NCBI GenBank assembly: GCA_965215015.1
Contig: OZ244042.1
Coordinates: 992,001-1,056,000, forward strand
Length of the DNA stretch: 64,000 nt
Direction of reading: 5' to 3'
Origin: Candidatus Poribacteria bacterium
Lineage (GTDB): Bacteria > Poribacteria > WGA-4E > PCPOR2b
The translations under genes were made by a program, and so were the position numbers. The notes below the pieces were generated by a model. That model saw only the letters and a program-made list of their open reading frames with translations, had not been told where the DNA came from and searched no databases. Shown piece after piece: positions 50,922-61,573 of this stretch (positions within the stretch are counted from its first letter, which is position 1; every line of letters starts with the position of its first letter).

Positions 50922-51667
50922 ACAGATGGCTAGCACCGTTGATCACGTTTGTATTCCCCGCAAAATGCCGACGCTGTGAAACACCAATGGGCGTCGGTCA
51001 GGTGCCTTACCTTTGCGATGCCTGCTGGGAACAGATCGAACTTCTCAAGCCCCCTTGGTGTCAGATTTGCGGGCTACCACGGTGGAGCACCGTTTGTGCA
51101 GATTGCCGTGAGTATCCTCCATTATTTAGAAAACTTCGTGCAGTCGCGTTTTACGAACCTACCCTGCGCGAAGCCATCCATCTGATGAAATATGAGAAGA
51201 AACAGATTATCTCAAAACATCTGATCCAATTACTGCGGGCGCATCTTCCTATCGACCTTCCTTCGACAGATTACGATTTCCTACTCCCAATCCCCCTCCA
51301 CACGAACCGTTTCCGCCAGCGAGGCTTTAACCAAGCCGAGCAAATTGCTCAAGGTATCGCTCAAGTTTGGGGGGTGCCGGTCCGGACGGATATTCTCTTT
51401 CGCATTAGGGACACGGCCCCACTGAGTAGCCTCGGATCCCACGAAGAACGGATGAAAAACATCGCAGGGGCTTTTGAAGTTCAGTCGCCGGATTTAATTC
51501 AGGATCGGAAGGTTTTACTGATTGACGATATCTTTACGACGGGAACAACGATCAATGAAGCCCTCAAGGTTCTACAGGCTGCTAACCCTGACCGTGTTGA
51601 TGTCCTGACACTGACCCGCACAAGACCATCAATACAAGAAAGTATAAATCAGAAAAAGGACGCGTAA
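50918..51667 (+). CDS. comF: ComF family protein
   Basis: Double Zn ribbon CxxC motifs, RGFNQ, LLIDDIFTTGTT. Confidence 0.92.
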   Translation: MNRWLAPLITFVFPAKCRRCETPMGVGQVPYLCDACWEQIELLKPPWCQICGLPRWSTVCADCREYPPLFRKLRAVAFYEPTLREAIHLMKYEKKQIISKHLIQLLRAHLPIDLPSTDYDFLLPIPLHTNRFRQRGFNQAEQIAQGIAQVWGVPVRTDILFRIRDTAPLSSLGSHEERMKNIAGAFEVQSPDLIQDRKVLLIDDIFTTGTTINEALKVLQAANPDRVDVLTLTRTRPSIQESINQKKDA

Positions 51668-51673
51668 ACTAAA

Positions 51674-51937
51674 ATGCAAGAAGTTCAGTTACCCCTAAAA
51701 AAATATCAAACTATTACAATTATCGCTGCCATGGTTGGATTCCTGTTAGGAACGCTAATTCCCGCCTTTGCTTTTGGTAGGGGATACTGGTCATGCCCAT
51801 TTGGGCAGGGCGTGATACATATCGGCGTGTTTGTTCTGTTGACGGGTATTTTAGGGGCGTTTCTCATCGGCAATATGGTTGCCCTTCTTGTGATTTTCAT
51901 TGTGAAACTTCGTCGGTCATCAGCCAAACTCAAATAA
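51674..51937 (+). CDS. small membrane protein
   Basis: Hydrophobic 87 aa ORF 6 nt after comF. Confidence 0.65.
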   Translation: MQEVQLPLKKYQTITIIAAMVGFLLGTLIPAFAFGRGYWSCPFGQGVIHIGVFVLLTGILGAFLIGNMVALLVIFIVKLRRSSAKLK

Positions 51938-51988
51938 TCTTCAACCTGCGCTCAAGCTCAAGTCGCAATTCGGAAGGTACGCCCCCTA

Positions 51989-52768
51989 CTACAGGGCAGC
52001 TGATTGACCACCATCAACGGTAATAACACTTCCGGTCATATAGCGAGACGCATCAGAAGCAAGCAGCAGCAATGCGCCATCAAGGTCCTCAACCTGCCCC
52101 AATCGGCGTTGTGGGATGCCTTTAATCAGGCGTTGCCCTGCCTGTGTGGTAAAGAATTGCCGGTTCATGTCGGTTTCGATATAACCGGGTGCAATGGCGT
52201 TGACCCGTATCCCATGTGGCACCAACTCGACCGCCATCGCCCGCGTCAAGTTAATAATCCCGCCCTTGGATGCACAGTATCCCGGCAATTGTGAAATCCC
52301 CCGGAATCCGAGCACCGACGCTATATTGATGATGCTCCCACCCCGTCCGTGGTGAACCATGCGCCGTGCAACCTCCTGCCCCATGAACCAAATCCCCTTG
52401 AGATTCGTGTCAAGCACCGAGTTCCAATCCTCCCCGGTGTGTTTAAGCAGCGGCTTAGTTACGGCAATACCGGCGTTATTGACAAGGATATCAATGGGTC
52501 CAAGTAAATTCTCCGCCGTTTCGACACAGGTTTTGACACTTTTTTCATCGGTAACATCAAGGTGGATAGCAGCCCCGCAACCACCGAACTCCTCAACCTC
52601 CTCGACAGCCTCCTGCAACCGGTTAATTCCGCGAGCAGCCAGAACCACCTCTGCTCCCGCTCGCGCCAGTGTCAAAGCGAAATGACGTCCCAATCCCCGC
52701 GATGCACCGGTCACGATTGCACGCCGACCGTTGAGGTCAAACACAGCAGGGCTTTTCCCTCCTTCCAT
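51989..52768 (-). CDS. SDR family oxidoreductase
   Basis: TGASRGLG, NNAG, YCASK. Confidence 0.93.
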   Translation of the reverse strand: MEGGKSPAVFDLNGRRAIVTGASRGLGRHFALTLARAGAEVVLAARGINRLQEAVEEVEEFGGCGAAIHLDVTDEKSVKTCVETAENLLGPIDILVNNAGIAVTKPLLKHTGEDWNSVLDTNLKGIWFMGQEVARRMVHHGRGGSIINIASVLGFRGISQLPGYCASKGGIINLTRAMAVELVPHGIRVNAIAPGYIETDMNRQFFTTQAGQRLIKGIPQRRLGQVEDLDGALLLLASDASRYMTGSVITVDGGQSAAL

Positions 52769-52844
52769 TGTTCTCTTCCTCTCTTCCGGACGGGCATGGT
52801 TTGGTCTCGATCCGTGGAAGCCCTAAACGAATCGTCCCGTCTTA

Positions 52845-54293
52845 CTACGCGTTATCCCCTATCCCCGCCGCTTGTTTAGCCAAGTATTTACACCGTTCTA
52901 AGTCATACTCCCGATAAATGGTGATCTTCTGCGCTTCAAGGGACCCCTCGGCATGGATGGCAAGAAGTTCATTGTAACCGCCAAAGTCAGAAGCAGTCAG
53001 GTCCCGAATCAGGTTCACCAGTTTCAGGCGTTCTAGCGTTGGAATACCCGCGGCACCACCTAAGTATTTTTCAATATAGTCTCGGGTTTCAGGGTTTGTG
53101 ACATCTTCCTCTGAAGGTCCAGTGACCACAAGCCCGCCAGCGATATCCTGCACGTAACTGACCATCTGATGGTAGTTGCTAGCAAAGTAAAACTTGGCGA
53201 CATTGGTAATAATCGAATTGGGAATCGCCACTCCATCAATCTGAACACAATCGACAGCGGCGGCTTTACTGAGGGCGCGAACCGTCTCGGCGTAATTAAT
53301 CAGGTGCATCAACTTCTCCCGAACATGGCCTGCGCGGCTAATGCCATTGTGCTCGGCGATTAACGCGGCTGCACCGGTCAGGAGGTCGCACAACGGCGGC
53401 TTGTAAGAGACAGCGGTAAATCGGTGGAATTGGACAAAGGTGGTGGCTAACGCGCCTGCGAAATCCCACTCCCCACTCATGAAAACCCGTTCCTTTGGCA
53501 CAAAAACGTCGTCGAAGATTGTAAGACTTTCAATCATCCGGTGATGAGAGCTAACAGGGTTATGAAAATCGCTGGACGACGAGGCACCAAAGGGACTGAC
53601 AATCATTTTCAAGCCGGGGGCATTGGCAGGGACAGCAAAGGCGACAGCGTAATCTTTATCCTTTTCCGTCATATTTCGTGTCGGTAGTACAATGATTTCG
53701 TCCACGTAGGGAGCGCAGGTGGTATGTGCTTTTGCACCTCGAACAACTATCCCATCCGCCCGCTCTTCAACCACACGGACGTAGTAATCTGGATGCGCCT
53801 GCTCGGAGGGGGCAAGGCTTCGATCCCCCTTCACATCAGTCTGTGCAACTGCTATGCTGAGGTCCTCCTGCTGACAGTGCTGATGATACGCCTCCACCCG
53901 CTTGAGGTAGTCTGCACCGTACTGTTCATCAATCCGTTTGGCAACCAAGGAGAGGGCAAAGAGGGCGTCCGTTCCAATCTCTTTGATTAGCAACACCACC
54001 CCGCCGCTAAGCTGAGTGCTGGTTTCAATCATCTGACGCCGTTTTAGCAGATCACCTGTGTTGGTAGGGCTTACAAAATACCGGCTGATTGTTTCGCCCG
54101 TTTCAGGAATTTTGACGGTCATCAAATCTTGATACTCCGCATCCTCAGCGAGTGCAAAATCGAGCGAGGCGTGCTCCATCCCAACCCCCAAATCTGGATG
54201 CTGAGTGACATCCTCTACGCGATCTCCCTTAAAAAACAGCACACGACCATCGTTTAAGCCCGCCTTGTACTCCTCCACCGATCGAGTTGCCAT
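52845..54293 (-). CDS. 4-hydroxyphenylacetate 3-hydroxylase / 4-hydroxybutyryl-CoA dehydratase family flavoprotein
   Basis: AQTDVKGDRS, GIVVRGAKAHTT, IFDDVFVP.ERVF, DIAGG; ATG 54293 after GGAGG. Confidence 0.88.
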   Translation of the reverse strand: MATRSVEEYKAGLNDGRVLFFKGDRVEDVTQHPDLGVGMEHASLDFALAEDAEYQDLMTVKIPETGETISRYFVSPTNTGDLLKRRQMIETSTQLSGGVVLLIKEIGTDALFALSLVAKRIDEQYGADYLKRVEAYHQHCQQEDLSIAVAQTDVKGDRSLAPSEQAHPDYYVRVVEERADGIVVRGAKAHTTCAPYVDEIIVLPTRNMTEKDKDYAVAFAVPANAPGLKMIVSPFGASSSSDFHNPVSSHHRMIESLTIFDDVFVPKERVFMSGEWDFAGALATTFVQFHRFTAVSYKPPLCDLLTGAAALIAEHNGISRAGHVREKLMHLINYAETVRALSKAAAVDCVQIDGVAIPNSIITNVAKFYFASNYHQMVSYVQDIAGGLVVTGPSEEDVTNPETRDYIEKYLGGAAGIPTLERLKLVNLIRDLTASDFGGYNELLAIHAEGSLEAQKITIYREYDLERCKYLAKQAAGIGDNA

Positions 54294-54332
54294 ATTCCAC
54301 CTCCATCCCAATCCTCACCTTTTAGACACGAG

Positions 54333-55598
54333 TTATATTCCCAAACTCTCGTTAATTTCGCCCTGATAGTCATTGACCTGCTCGGCAAGCATTTCGTCGA
54401 TAGTAACGATATACCCAGTTTCGCCGGACTCCAATATCCCGTAAGAGACAGCAACAGATCGCGTCCCTTGTGCGGCATCTACTTCGACCGGATGCTCTCC
54501 TGCTATCGCCTGTGCAAAGTCCCCATATTCGACAGCGATGATTTTCCGATCTATTTCAGGGAACGGAAATTCATAACGCCACAATCGATCTTCGCCCCAC
54601 AAATCTGAGGTCACTGCATCAAGCCGAAAGTCGGGGACCCACTCTAGTATCTTCCCATCGTCAATAGGGGATTCGCCCTCAATATGCAGTATGATATTCC
54701 CTCCACTTCGATCTCCCGGCAAGCTCATCGAACCACGCGAACCGTGAATCTGTCGCGACCAGACACCTTGACCACGCCCGGCATGATCTTCGATGTACTG
54801 ACCCACCGCACCATTCTTGAAAGTCAACGTTGCGTAAGCGGCATCCTCGGCGGTGGCTTCAAATTCGGCGGGCATCTTTACCTGCCAGCGACCATAGACG
54901 CCCCCGGGATTCGATCCGGCTTCCCCACCACCTGCTGCGGGATTCTTGCGGATGGGTTCATGGAGTCTTGTCTTCGCGTAAACCGTTTCAATATCGCCGA
55001 GCAGATATTCCATCATATCCGAGTGATGAACACCGACATCAAGCAGCACACCACTTTGGTCCTTTTGGTGACGCCATACAGAGATCAACATCCGGTCACC
55101 GCCGCCAATAGCGTGGTGGATGAGAAAGCGTGGAGTACCAATAACGCCCGCGTCTAGCAGGGCTTTCGCCAAACGATTGATGGGGTCCCGTCGATAGTTC
55201 TCCGCCACGCTTAAAATCGCGTTGGATCCTTCCGCTGCACGCTCGATGAGGTTACAGGCACGAACGGTTAGCCCCATCGGTTTCTCAACCATCGTATGCC
55301 AACCCCGCCCCAGCGTCTCAATAGCAACCGTATGATGGTATCGCGGCGTTGTCGTCACATCAACGGCTTCAACGTTTAACGCCGCTAACCTATCCAAATC
55401 CTCAACGACAGCTGGGCGTACCCCAAAATGTGTTGCTGCTTGATCGGCGAGGGATTCGGCGTTATCACGTACCGGATCGCATGCTCCAACAAGTTCAAAC
55501 CGTTCCCACCCTACACGATGAAGTTCCGCAAGTCCGTATAGGTGACGATGCCCCATGCCCCCACAGCCAACAATGGCTAATCGAATCTTCTCACTCAC
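54333..55598 (-). CDS. Gfo/Idh/MocA family oxidoreductase
   Basis: IVGCGGMG, VEKPM, LLDVGVH. Confidence 0.92.
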   Translation of the reverse strand: MSEKIRLAIVGCGGMGHRHLYGLAELHRVGWERFELVGACDPVRDNAESLADQAATHFGVRPAVVEDLDRLAALNVEAVDVTTTPRYHHTVAIETLGRGWHTMVEKPMGLTVRACNLIERAAEGSNAILSVAENYRRDPINRLAKALLDAGVIGTPRFLIHHAIGGGDRMLISVWRHQKDQSGVLLDVGVHHSDMMEYLLGDIETVYAKTRLHEPIRKNPAAGGGEAGSNPGGVYGRWQVKMPAEFEATAEDAAYATLTFKNGAVGQYIEDHAGRGQGVWSRQIHGSRGSMSLPGDRSGGNIILHIEGESPIDDGKILEWVPDFRLDAVTSDLWGEDRLWRYEFPFPEIDRKIIAVEYGDFAQAIAGEHPVEVDAAQGTRSVAVSYGILESGETGYIVTIDEMLAEQVNDYQGEINESLGI

Positions 55599-55641
55599 TG
55601 TTCTCTTCTCCCTAAATTGAAATTAAGCATATAATGCACCC

Positions 55642-55670
55642 ATTATAAAGAGGACATAGGCGGATGTCAA
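55642..55670 (-). promoter_or_regulatory. consensus sigma70 promoter for the Gfo/HpaB-like/SDR operon
   Basis: Minus strand TTGACA-17nt-TATAAT. Confidence 0.8.
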
Positions 55671-55796
55671 TACCAAAAAGATCTGAGGTCAGGCAGGCAA
55701 TCTATCAGAGTTGACAATTGCCTTGCATTGCAACTTAGGTTTCTGATAAAATTTATGAATTACATTGAACTGACCGAATCAAGAAAGTGTGTTGGA

Positions 55797-56348
55797 ATGA
55801 AACGGGTGTGTGTATTCTGTGGATCAAGTATGGGACGAGAACCGGCGTATGCTAAAGCTGCGAGGCAGTTAGGCCACGCCCTAGCAAGCAAAAACCTAGG
55901 GCTTGTTTACGGCGGCACAAACGTCGGCACAATGGGTGAACTTGCTAACGCTGCCCTTGAAGGCGGCGGCGAAGTCATTGGCGTCGTGCCTAGGATATTT
56001 GTCGAAAAGAAAATTGCCCATGCCGCGCTTTCTGATCTGCGAGTTGTTAATTCAATTCACGAACGAAAAGGGTTGATGGCTGAACTTTCGGATGCTTTTA
56101 TCGCGCTCCCCGGCGGACTCGGTACGATCGACGAACTCTTTGAGATGGTAACGTGGACGCAACTTGGGTTGCACCGCAAACCGTGCGGCCTTCTGAACGT
56201 ATGCCAGTATTATAGCAAGTTAGCAAATTTTCTCGATTATGCGGTTTTGGAGGGATTTATCAAGGTGCCTCACCGTTCGCTGATACTAGTTGATGAAAGT
56301 CCGGCTGTACTACTCAAGAAGTTTGGTGAGTTTCTGACCAAGTGCTGA
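55797..56348 (+). CDS. LOG-family nucleotide phosphoribohydrolase (TIGR00730)
   Basis: VCVFCGSS, LVYGG, HERK, PGGLGTIDE. Confidence 0.93.
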   Translation: MKRVCVFCGSSMGREPAYAKAARQLGHALASKNLGLVYGGTNVGTMGELANAALEGGGEVIGVVPRIFVEKKIAHAALSDLRVVNSIHERKGLMAELSDAFIALPGGLGTIDELFEMVTWTQLGLHRKPCGLLNVCQYYSKLANFLDYAVLEGFIKVPHRSLILVDESPAVLLKKFGEFLTKC

Positions 56349-56524
56349 TGAATCAGCTAACTACATCTTGAATCGCTCCCAAAAGAATAAACAGTCCCCA
56401 AGGAGAACACCATGAAAAAGGAGAAGAAAATGCGGCAGAATAGGGCAATCGCTGCCTCCGTTGTGAAAGTTGGTGGTCAACTGCTTGAGCAACTTCGTTC
56501 CATGCGAAACAATGGAGGTACTTC

Positions 56525-57544
56525 ATGAAAGCCGCAGTCTTTGAAGAAACTGGGAAATTAAGCGTACAGGATAAACCGGTTCCGACTCTCAATTCGGGCG
56601 ATGTCCTTATTAAAGTCGAGCTGTGCGGTATCTGTGCGTCTGACTTAGCAGCACTCAACGGGGACATCACCGACTACTCGCCACCCGTTGTGATGGGCCA
56701 CGAACTCGCCGGGGTTGTCGTTGAAAGCCGCCACCCCGATGTAAAAGTCGGCGAGAAGGTGACGGCAAACCCGATGCTCTCCTGTGGGAATTGCGATTAC
56801 TGCCGGACAGACCTAGACAAGTATTGCTCACAGATTGAGGGAATTGGACACGACATTGACGGCGGATATGCCGAATATCTCCGGATGCCGAAACACGGAA
56901 TTGACACAGGCAAACTTATATCCGTACCAGATATGATTCTGCCGGAAGAACTGATTTTTCTAGAACCGTTAGGTTGTTGCATTAATGCCATGCGTGAAAC
57001 AATCTTCGATAAAAGTGTGGCAATCTTAGGCGCGGGTCCCATCGGTCTGATGTTTACACAACTGACGAGAAAGGCGGGATTGGAGACATTCGTTCTTGAG
57101 CCGCTCGCACATCGGCGGAGCGCAGCAGATGAAGTCGGCGCAGATACCACATTTGATATTACAGTGGAACAGGTAGAGACACTCATTGAGAAAACCAACG
57201 GCGGTGTGGATACCGTCATCTCTGCGACGGTCAATGATCGACGTGCGATTGATCTTGCCTTCAAGGTCGTGCGACGAGGCGGCTGTGTGAATTTCTTTGG
57301 ACTGGCACCGGGCGGGCAGGAGCTGCGGATTAACCTCGAGCATTTTCATTACATGGGGCACAAGCTGATGGCCTCGTGGGCATTCTCGCGCTGGAGTTTG
57401 AACGAATCCCGCCGAATGCTTATTGATGACGAGATTAATCCCAAGCCGTTGCTGACAGATCGGTTTCCGATTGAGAGAATCGTTGAAGGGTTTGAAAACG
57501 CTCGGCAGCAACGCGGTGTGAAAAGCGTTCTGGTCGGTGGGTAA
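56525..57544 (+). CDS. zinc-dependent alcohol dehydrogenase (MDR family)
   Basis: CGICASD, GHELAG, CGNCDYC..C, GAGPIG. Confidence 0.93.
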   Translation: MKAAVFEETGKLSVQDKPVPTLNSGDVLIKVELCGICASDLAALNGDITDYSPPVVMGHELAGVVVESRHPDVKVGEKVTANPMLSCGNCDYCRTDLDKYCSQIEGIGHDIDGGYAEYLRMPKHGIDTGKLISVPDMILPEELIFLEPLGCCINAMRETIFDKSVAILGAGPIGLMFTQLTRKAGLETFVLEPLAHRRSAADEVGADTTFDITVEQVETLIEKTNGGVDTVISATVNDRRAIDLAFKVVRRGGCVNFFGLAPGGQELRINLEHFHYMGHKLMASWAFSRWSLNESRRMLIDDEINPKPLLTDRFPIERIVEGFENARQQRGVKSVLVGG

Positions 57545-57681
57545 ATACCCAAAATGGGGTAACGCATAAAAGCGTGTTGGACAGATCGGTTCATTTTCCA
57601 GAATAGAATACAGGAATAGGCATCAGGCCACTGTCACCGAGTCTGTGTTAAATCTGGTCATTTTTATCAATGAGTAAGGGT

Positions 57682-58632
57682 ATGCCCATCAATGCCGATA
57701 AACCGCATCTATGGAAAAAAGAGGTCAGGGTGTCAGTAGACCTCTACAATAATTGATTCATGCGTTTCGCGCCAAAAACGTATCGGGAGGTGCGGCCAGA
57801 GACAATCGAGCGTATACGAGAAACAATTCAACTGACGAAGAATTTCACACTTTTGAATCCTGAGATCTTAAAGGCGAATCCGTCGATGCTTCCAACCTTG
57901 CGGATGTGTACCGCTCCACCGATCGCAAGAGATCGGCTAACAGGATTGGCGCGTGTGAAAAAACACTTGGTTCTCTCAATGGAACAGGGGAAGATCCCAC
58001 CGCGCATGAGCGAAGAGAAACTAATTGAGCAGTTGCTATCTATAGCCGAAATCTTGACTAAGCTGCTCGACTACGACATCCTCCCTTGGTTAGAAAGGAA
58101 AACTGCCCCTACAGATTTGGAACAACATCGGGCAGCTACGATTGTGGCGGATCGGTTGTGTGGTGCCGTTTCTGATCCGATTATCCGTAATGCCCAAGAG
58201 CAAAGATAACTCGCCCGGATTGCGGCGTATTTGAAGGAACGTGGTTATACCGAGCTGCTCCGCAAACTCGGACTTTCCTTTAGAGATCTGCCGCCTGGCA
58301 CATTTGCTTTGCGTTTGAATGTACTAGCTGGTAGAGACAGGACCGTCAATGTACCTGTGGATGTAGTCATTCAGCCGCCTGGGCATCATTCAGGCGGTTT
58401 GCCAATCTTGATTGAAGCCAAGTCCGCTGGCGATTTTACCAACACGAACAAACGACGAAAAGAAGAGGCAACCAAAGTCAATCAGTTACGTACGCGTTAT
58501 GGAGAAGACCTTCAATTTGTTCTGTTTCTCTGTGGATATTTTGATGCTGGATACCTAGGCTACGAAGCAGCTGAGGGAATAGACTGGATTTGGGAACATC
58601 GAATTGGGAATATGGGGTTACTTGGAATATAA
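57682..58632 (+). pseudogene. XamI-family restriction endonuclease with two in-frame stops
   Basis: Single frame: MPINADKPHLWK..DLYNN*FMRFAP (TGA 57754) ... RNAQEQR*LAR (TAA 58207) ... IEAKSAGDFTNTNKRRKEEA..GIDWIWEHR. Confidence 0.88.
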
Positions 58633-58634
58633 AA

Positions 58635-60227
58635 ATGAAAGAACTTCAACAGATCGAATCTGGCCGGCAGAATGCACAGACAAGGTTAGATGGCCTAAAG
58701 AGTACCTCTGAACGCAATAAAATGGGACAATACGCTACCCCATTCTCTCTTGCTCGCGAGATTGTTGAATTTGTCAGGGATACATATTTTGCTGAAACAG
58801 ATAAGATTCGTTTCCTAGATCCGGCTGCGGGTACGGGGGCTTTTTTCTCAGCACTGCTTTATGCTTTTCCAAAAACGCGGATTGAAAAGGCTGTTGGAAT
58901 TGAAGTTGACTCACAAATTGCTTCAATCACTAAACATTTATGGAGAGACTGGAAACTGGATGTAGTCGAAGCGGATTTTGCACAATTGCCTTTTCCAGTC
59001 TCACCCATGTTCAATTTGCACCTTGTCAATCCCCCTTATGTTCGACATCACTACCTCAATCTGCGGACAAAGCAGAATCTTCAGGAGAAAATCAAAGCGG
59101 CAGTTGGGCTCAATCTGAACGGACTGGCGGGGCTGCACTGTTATTTTCTCTTGATAGCCCATCGGTGGTTAGCTCAAGATGGATTTGGTGTTTGGCTCAT
59201 CCCTTCCGAGTTCATGGATGTCAAGTATGGAGAGGTTGTCAAACGCTATCTAATCGAACAGGTTTCCTTGAGGCATGTACATCGCTTTGATGCAGAAGCA
59301 CTGCAATTTGACGATGCCCTTGTTTCCTCAACCGTATTAATTTTTCAAAAACGCAAGCCTAAACAAGAAGATGAGGTAACTTTCTCCTTGGGAGGCTCCT
59401 TGAAAACTCCTCGCACCTGTGCACGCATTCGTCAACGGCAGCTAGCGCAGGTAAGTAAGTGGACCTCGCTTCCGAACAAATCAGTGGGGGATGCTGTGCA
59501 CGATTTTCATCAATTCAACAGAACGACAACGATTGGGGACCTTTTTGAAATCCGTCGGGGACTAGCAACCGGTGCAAACCAGTTTTTTATTTTACGCCGC
59601 GAGGTCGCTAGTGATAAAGGTCTGCCCGAACGATTTCTACAGTCTATCTTGCCAAGTCCAAGATATCTGAATAATGACAAAATATTTGCTGCCAACGACG
59701 GTTTCCCACTCGTTCATCCATCTTTGGTATTGTTAGACTGTGATTTGGACGAGAGCAAAATCGGAGCCTATCCGTCCCTAAAGGCTTATCTCGATTGGGG
59801 TAAATCACAAGGGTTTGCCGACCGGTACATTACTCGCCACCGACGTCCATGGTTCAAACAGGAAAATCGACCGGCAGCCCCTATTTTATGCAGTTATATG
59901 TCTCGCACCAAATCAGGGGGTTCTGGGCTGCGGTTCTTCCGAAACTATTCTCAGGCAACTAGCCCAAACGTCTATCTGATGCTTTATCCGAATCAAGAGG
60001 TGCGGCAGGCTTGTAAAAACAACGTGGACCTCCTCACTCAGTTATTCGATTCGCTGAAACAGGCTAAGGATGAATATCTGCTTTATGAAGGACGAACTTA
60101 TGGGGGTGGACTTAACAAGATTGAACCCAAAGAACTTGCACGAGTACCGTTACCCGATGATTCATTACTACAAGGGATTGTTGTCAAGCCCAACCAACTC
60201 TTCCTACTTGAAGGTGAATCACCATGA
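58635..60227 (+). CDS. N6-adenine DNA methyltransferase, partner of the XamI-like nuclease
   Basis: MGQYATP, FLDPAAGTGAF, NPPYVRHH, GRTYGGGLNKIEPKEL. Confidence 0.92.
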   Translation: MKELQQIESGRQNAQTRLDGLKSTSERNKMGQYATPFSLAREIVEFVRDTYFAETDKIRFLDPAAGTGAFFSALLYAFPKTRIEKAVGIEVDSQIASITKHLWRDWKLDVVEADFAQLPFPVSPMFNLHLVNPPYVRHHYLNLRTKQNLQEKIKAAVGLNLNGLAGLHCYFLLIAHRWLAQDGFGVWLIPSEFMDVKYGEVVKRYLIEQVSLRHVHRFDAEALQFDDALVSSTVLIFQKRKPKQEDEVTFSLGGSLKTPRTCARIRQRQLAQVSKWTSLPNKSVGDAVHDFHQFNRTTTIGDLFEIRRGLATGANQFFILRREVASDKGLPERFLQSILPSPRYLNNDKIFAANDGFPLVHPSLVLLDCDLDESKIGAYPSLKAYLDWGKSQGFADRYITRHRRPWFKQENRPAAPILCSYMSRTKSGGSGLRFFRNYSQATSPNVYLMLYPNQEVRQACKNNVDLLTQLFDSLKQAKDEYLLYEGRTYGGGLNKIEPKELARVPLPDDSLLQGIVVKPNQLFLLEGESP

Positions 60228-61144
60228 ACACATTAAAAGCCTTTCTTGAATTAATCCGCTATCCCCTCTTCGCCATTCCGATCGCTGCCACGTTACCCGG
60301 TGCACTGATCGCTTCAGAGGGAAAGTGGAATTGGCAAGTTGGATTGACGTTGCTGATTGCACTGCTGGGCTATTTTGCAGGCATGATGAAGAACGACTAC
60401 TTCCACCGTGAGCAGGATGCCGTTGTGAATCCAGACCGCCCACTCCCGTCGCATCGCCTTACACCTCGGCAGGTACTGATCGCCGCAAGCAGCACCTACA
60501 TCATCTGCGTCACATTGGGATTCACACTCCACATCAAAGCAGGACTTCTGGTGATTGCTCTTGTGATGATTTCCCATTTATATAACTCCTTCTTTAAGGA
60601 ACGCGGAATATTGGGAAGCATTAGTCTTCCCCTTGGCATCGGTCTGCTCAACGTGTTTGGTGCAATCGCTGTAAGCGGGGGTGTGCCACGCTTGGTCTGG
60701 TATGCGTTTGCCGCAACGACACTCTACGATTGTGGGACGCACATCACAACGACCTTCAAAGATCTTGAAAGGGATAAAAAACTCGGTATCACTACCACTC
60801 CCTTGCAGCTGGGAATCAAGCCAGCCCTTATCTGCGCTGCTGTATCGACCATACTCTCCTTTATTGTCGCTGTGTTGCCACATTGGCTTGAAGGAGTCAG
60901 TTGGCACTACACCTTGTGGGTTGTCTTCGCATTGCTTGCCACGAGCATTACCCGGCTGCCCCTTTATCTGAATCCGACTGAGAAAAACGGCTACCGCGCC
61001 CTGAAAGGTTCAATGGTGGGTGCCATCACGTTTTTCCCTTGTCTCATGGGCGTTCAGATCTCCCTGTGGGGTTCTGCACTTGTGATTTTGCCCTTACTGC
61101 TGGTGACGATGACCTTGCTAAAAGTGACAAAGCGGGAAGTGTGA
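60224..61144 (+). CDS. UbiA-family prenyltransferase (DGGGP-synthase-like)
   Basis: NDYFHREQD..NPDRPLPS, KDLERD..G..T.P; multi-TM. Confidence 0.85.
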   Translation: MNTLKAFLELIRYPLFAIPIAATLPGALIASEGKWNWQVGLTLLIALLGYFAGMMKNDYFHREQDAVVNPDRPLPSHRLTPRQVLIAASSTYIICVTLGFTLHIKAGLLVIALVMISHLYNSFFKERGILGSISLPLGIGLLNVFGAIAVSGGVPRLVWYAFAATTLYDCGTHITTTFKDLERDKKLGITTTPLQLGIKPALICAAVSTILSFIVAVLPHWLEGVSWHYTLWVVFALLATSITRLPLYLNPTEKNGYRALKGSMVGAITFFPCLMGVQISLWGSALVILPLLLVTMTLLKVTKREV

Positions 61145-61212
61145 TGCGTTATACGTCGTATTAAGAGGAATTTACAATAGACACGTAAAACCCAACGATA
61201 CTGGAGGCCCCA

Positions 61213-61573
61213 ATGGAAGTTGACAACTTAAAATTAAAGCAGCGGTTATTTCACCTTGATGTGCTTATTGAAAAACAGACAGACTGTTATACTTCCGATT
61301 TCTGAGATTGATTTTACCGCAATAGAACCAAATATCATCGAAACGACCGCTCAATTACGGTCAAGTTAGAAAAATTGGCACCGCTTTGGAATAATCGAAA
61401 ATCCGAAGCGTAGTAAGGGGGCCATCATGTATTCTTTTAACCGAATTTTTGTGGAACGCCCCGCCTTTATCCTGTAAAAGTACCATAATCTAAATCAACA
61501 ATTAAGCATCAAAGCCCTTGAAGAGATCAGGAGAGTCTTTGATTTGACTGAAGATAAATTTTATCAAATATAA
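61213..61573 (+). pseudogene. degenerate HicB/HicA-like toxin-antitoxin relic
   Basis: Fragments FHLDVLIEKQTDCYT, RFGIIENPKRSKGGHHVFF (KGSH-like) and ALEEIRRVFDLTEDKFY, spread across frameshifts. Confidence 0.45.
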
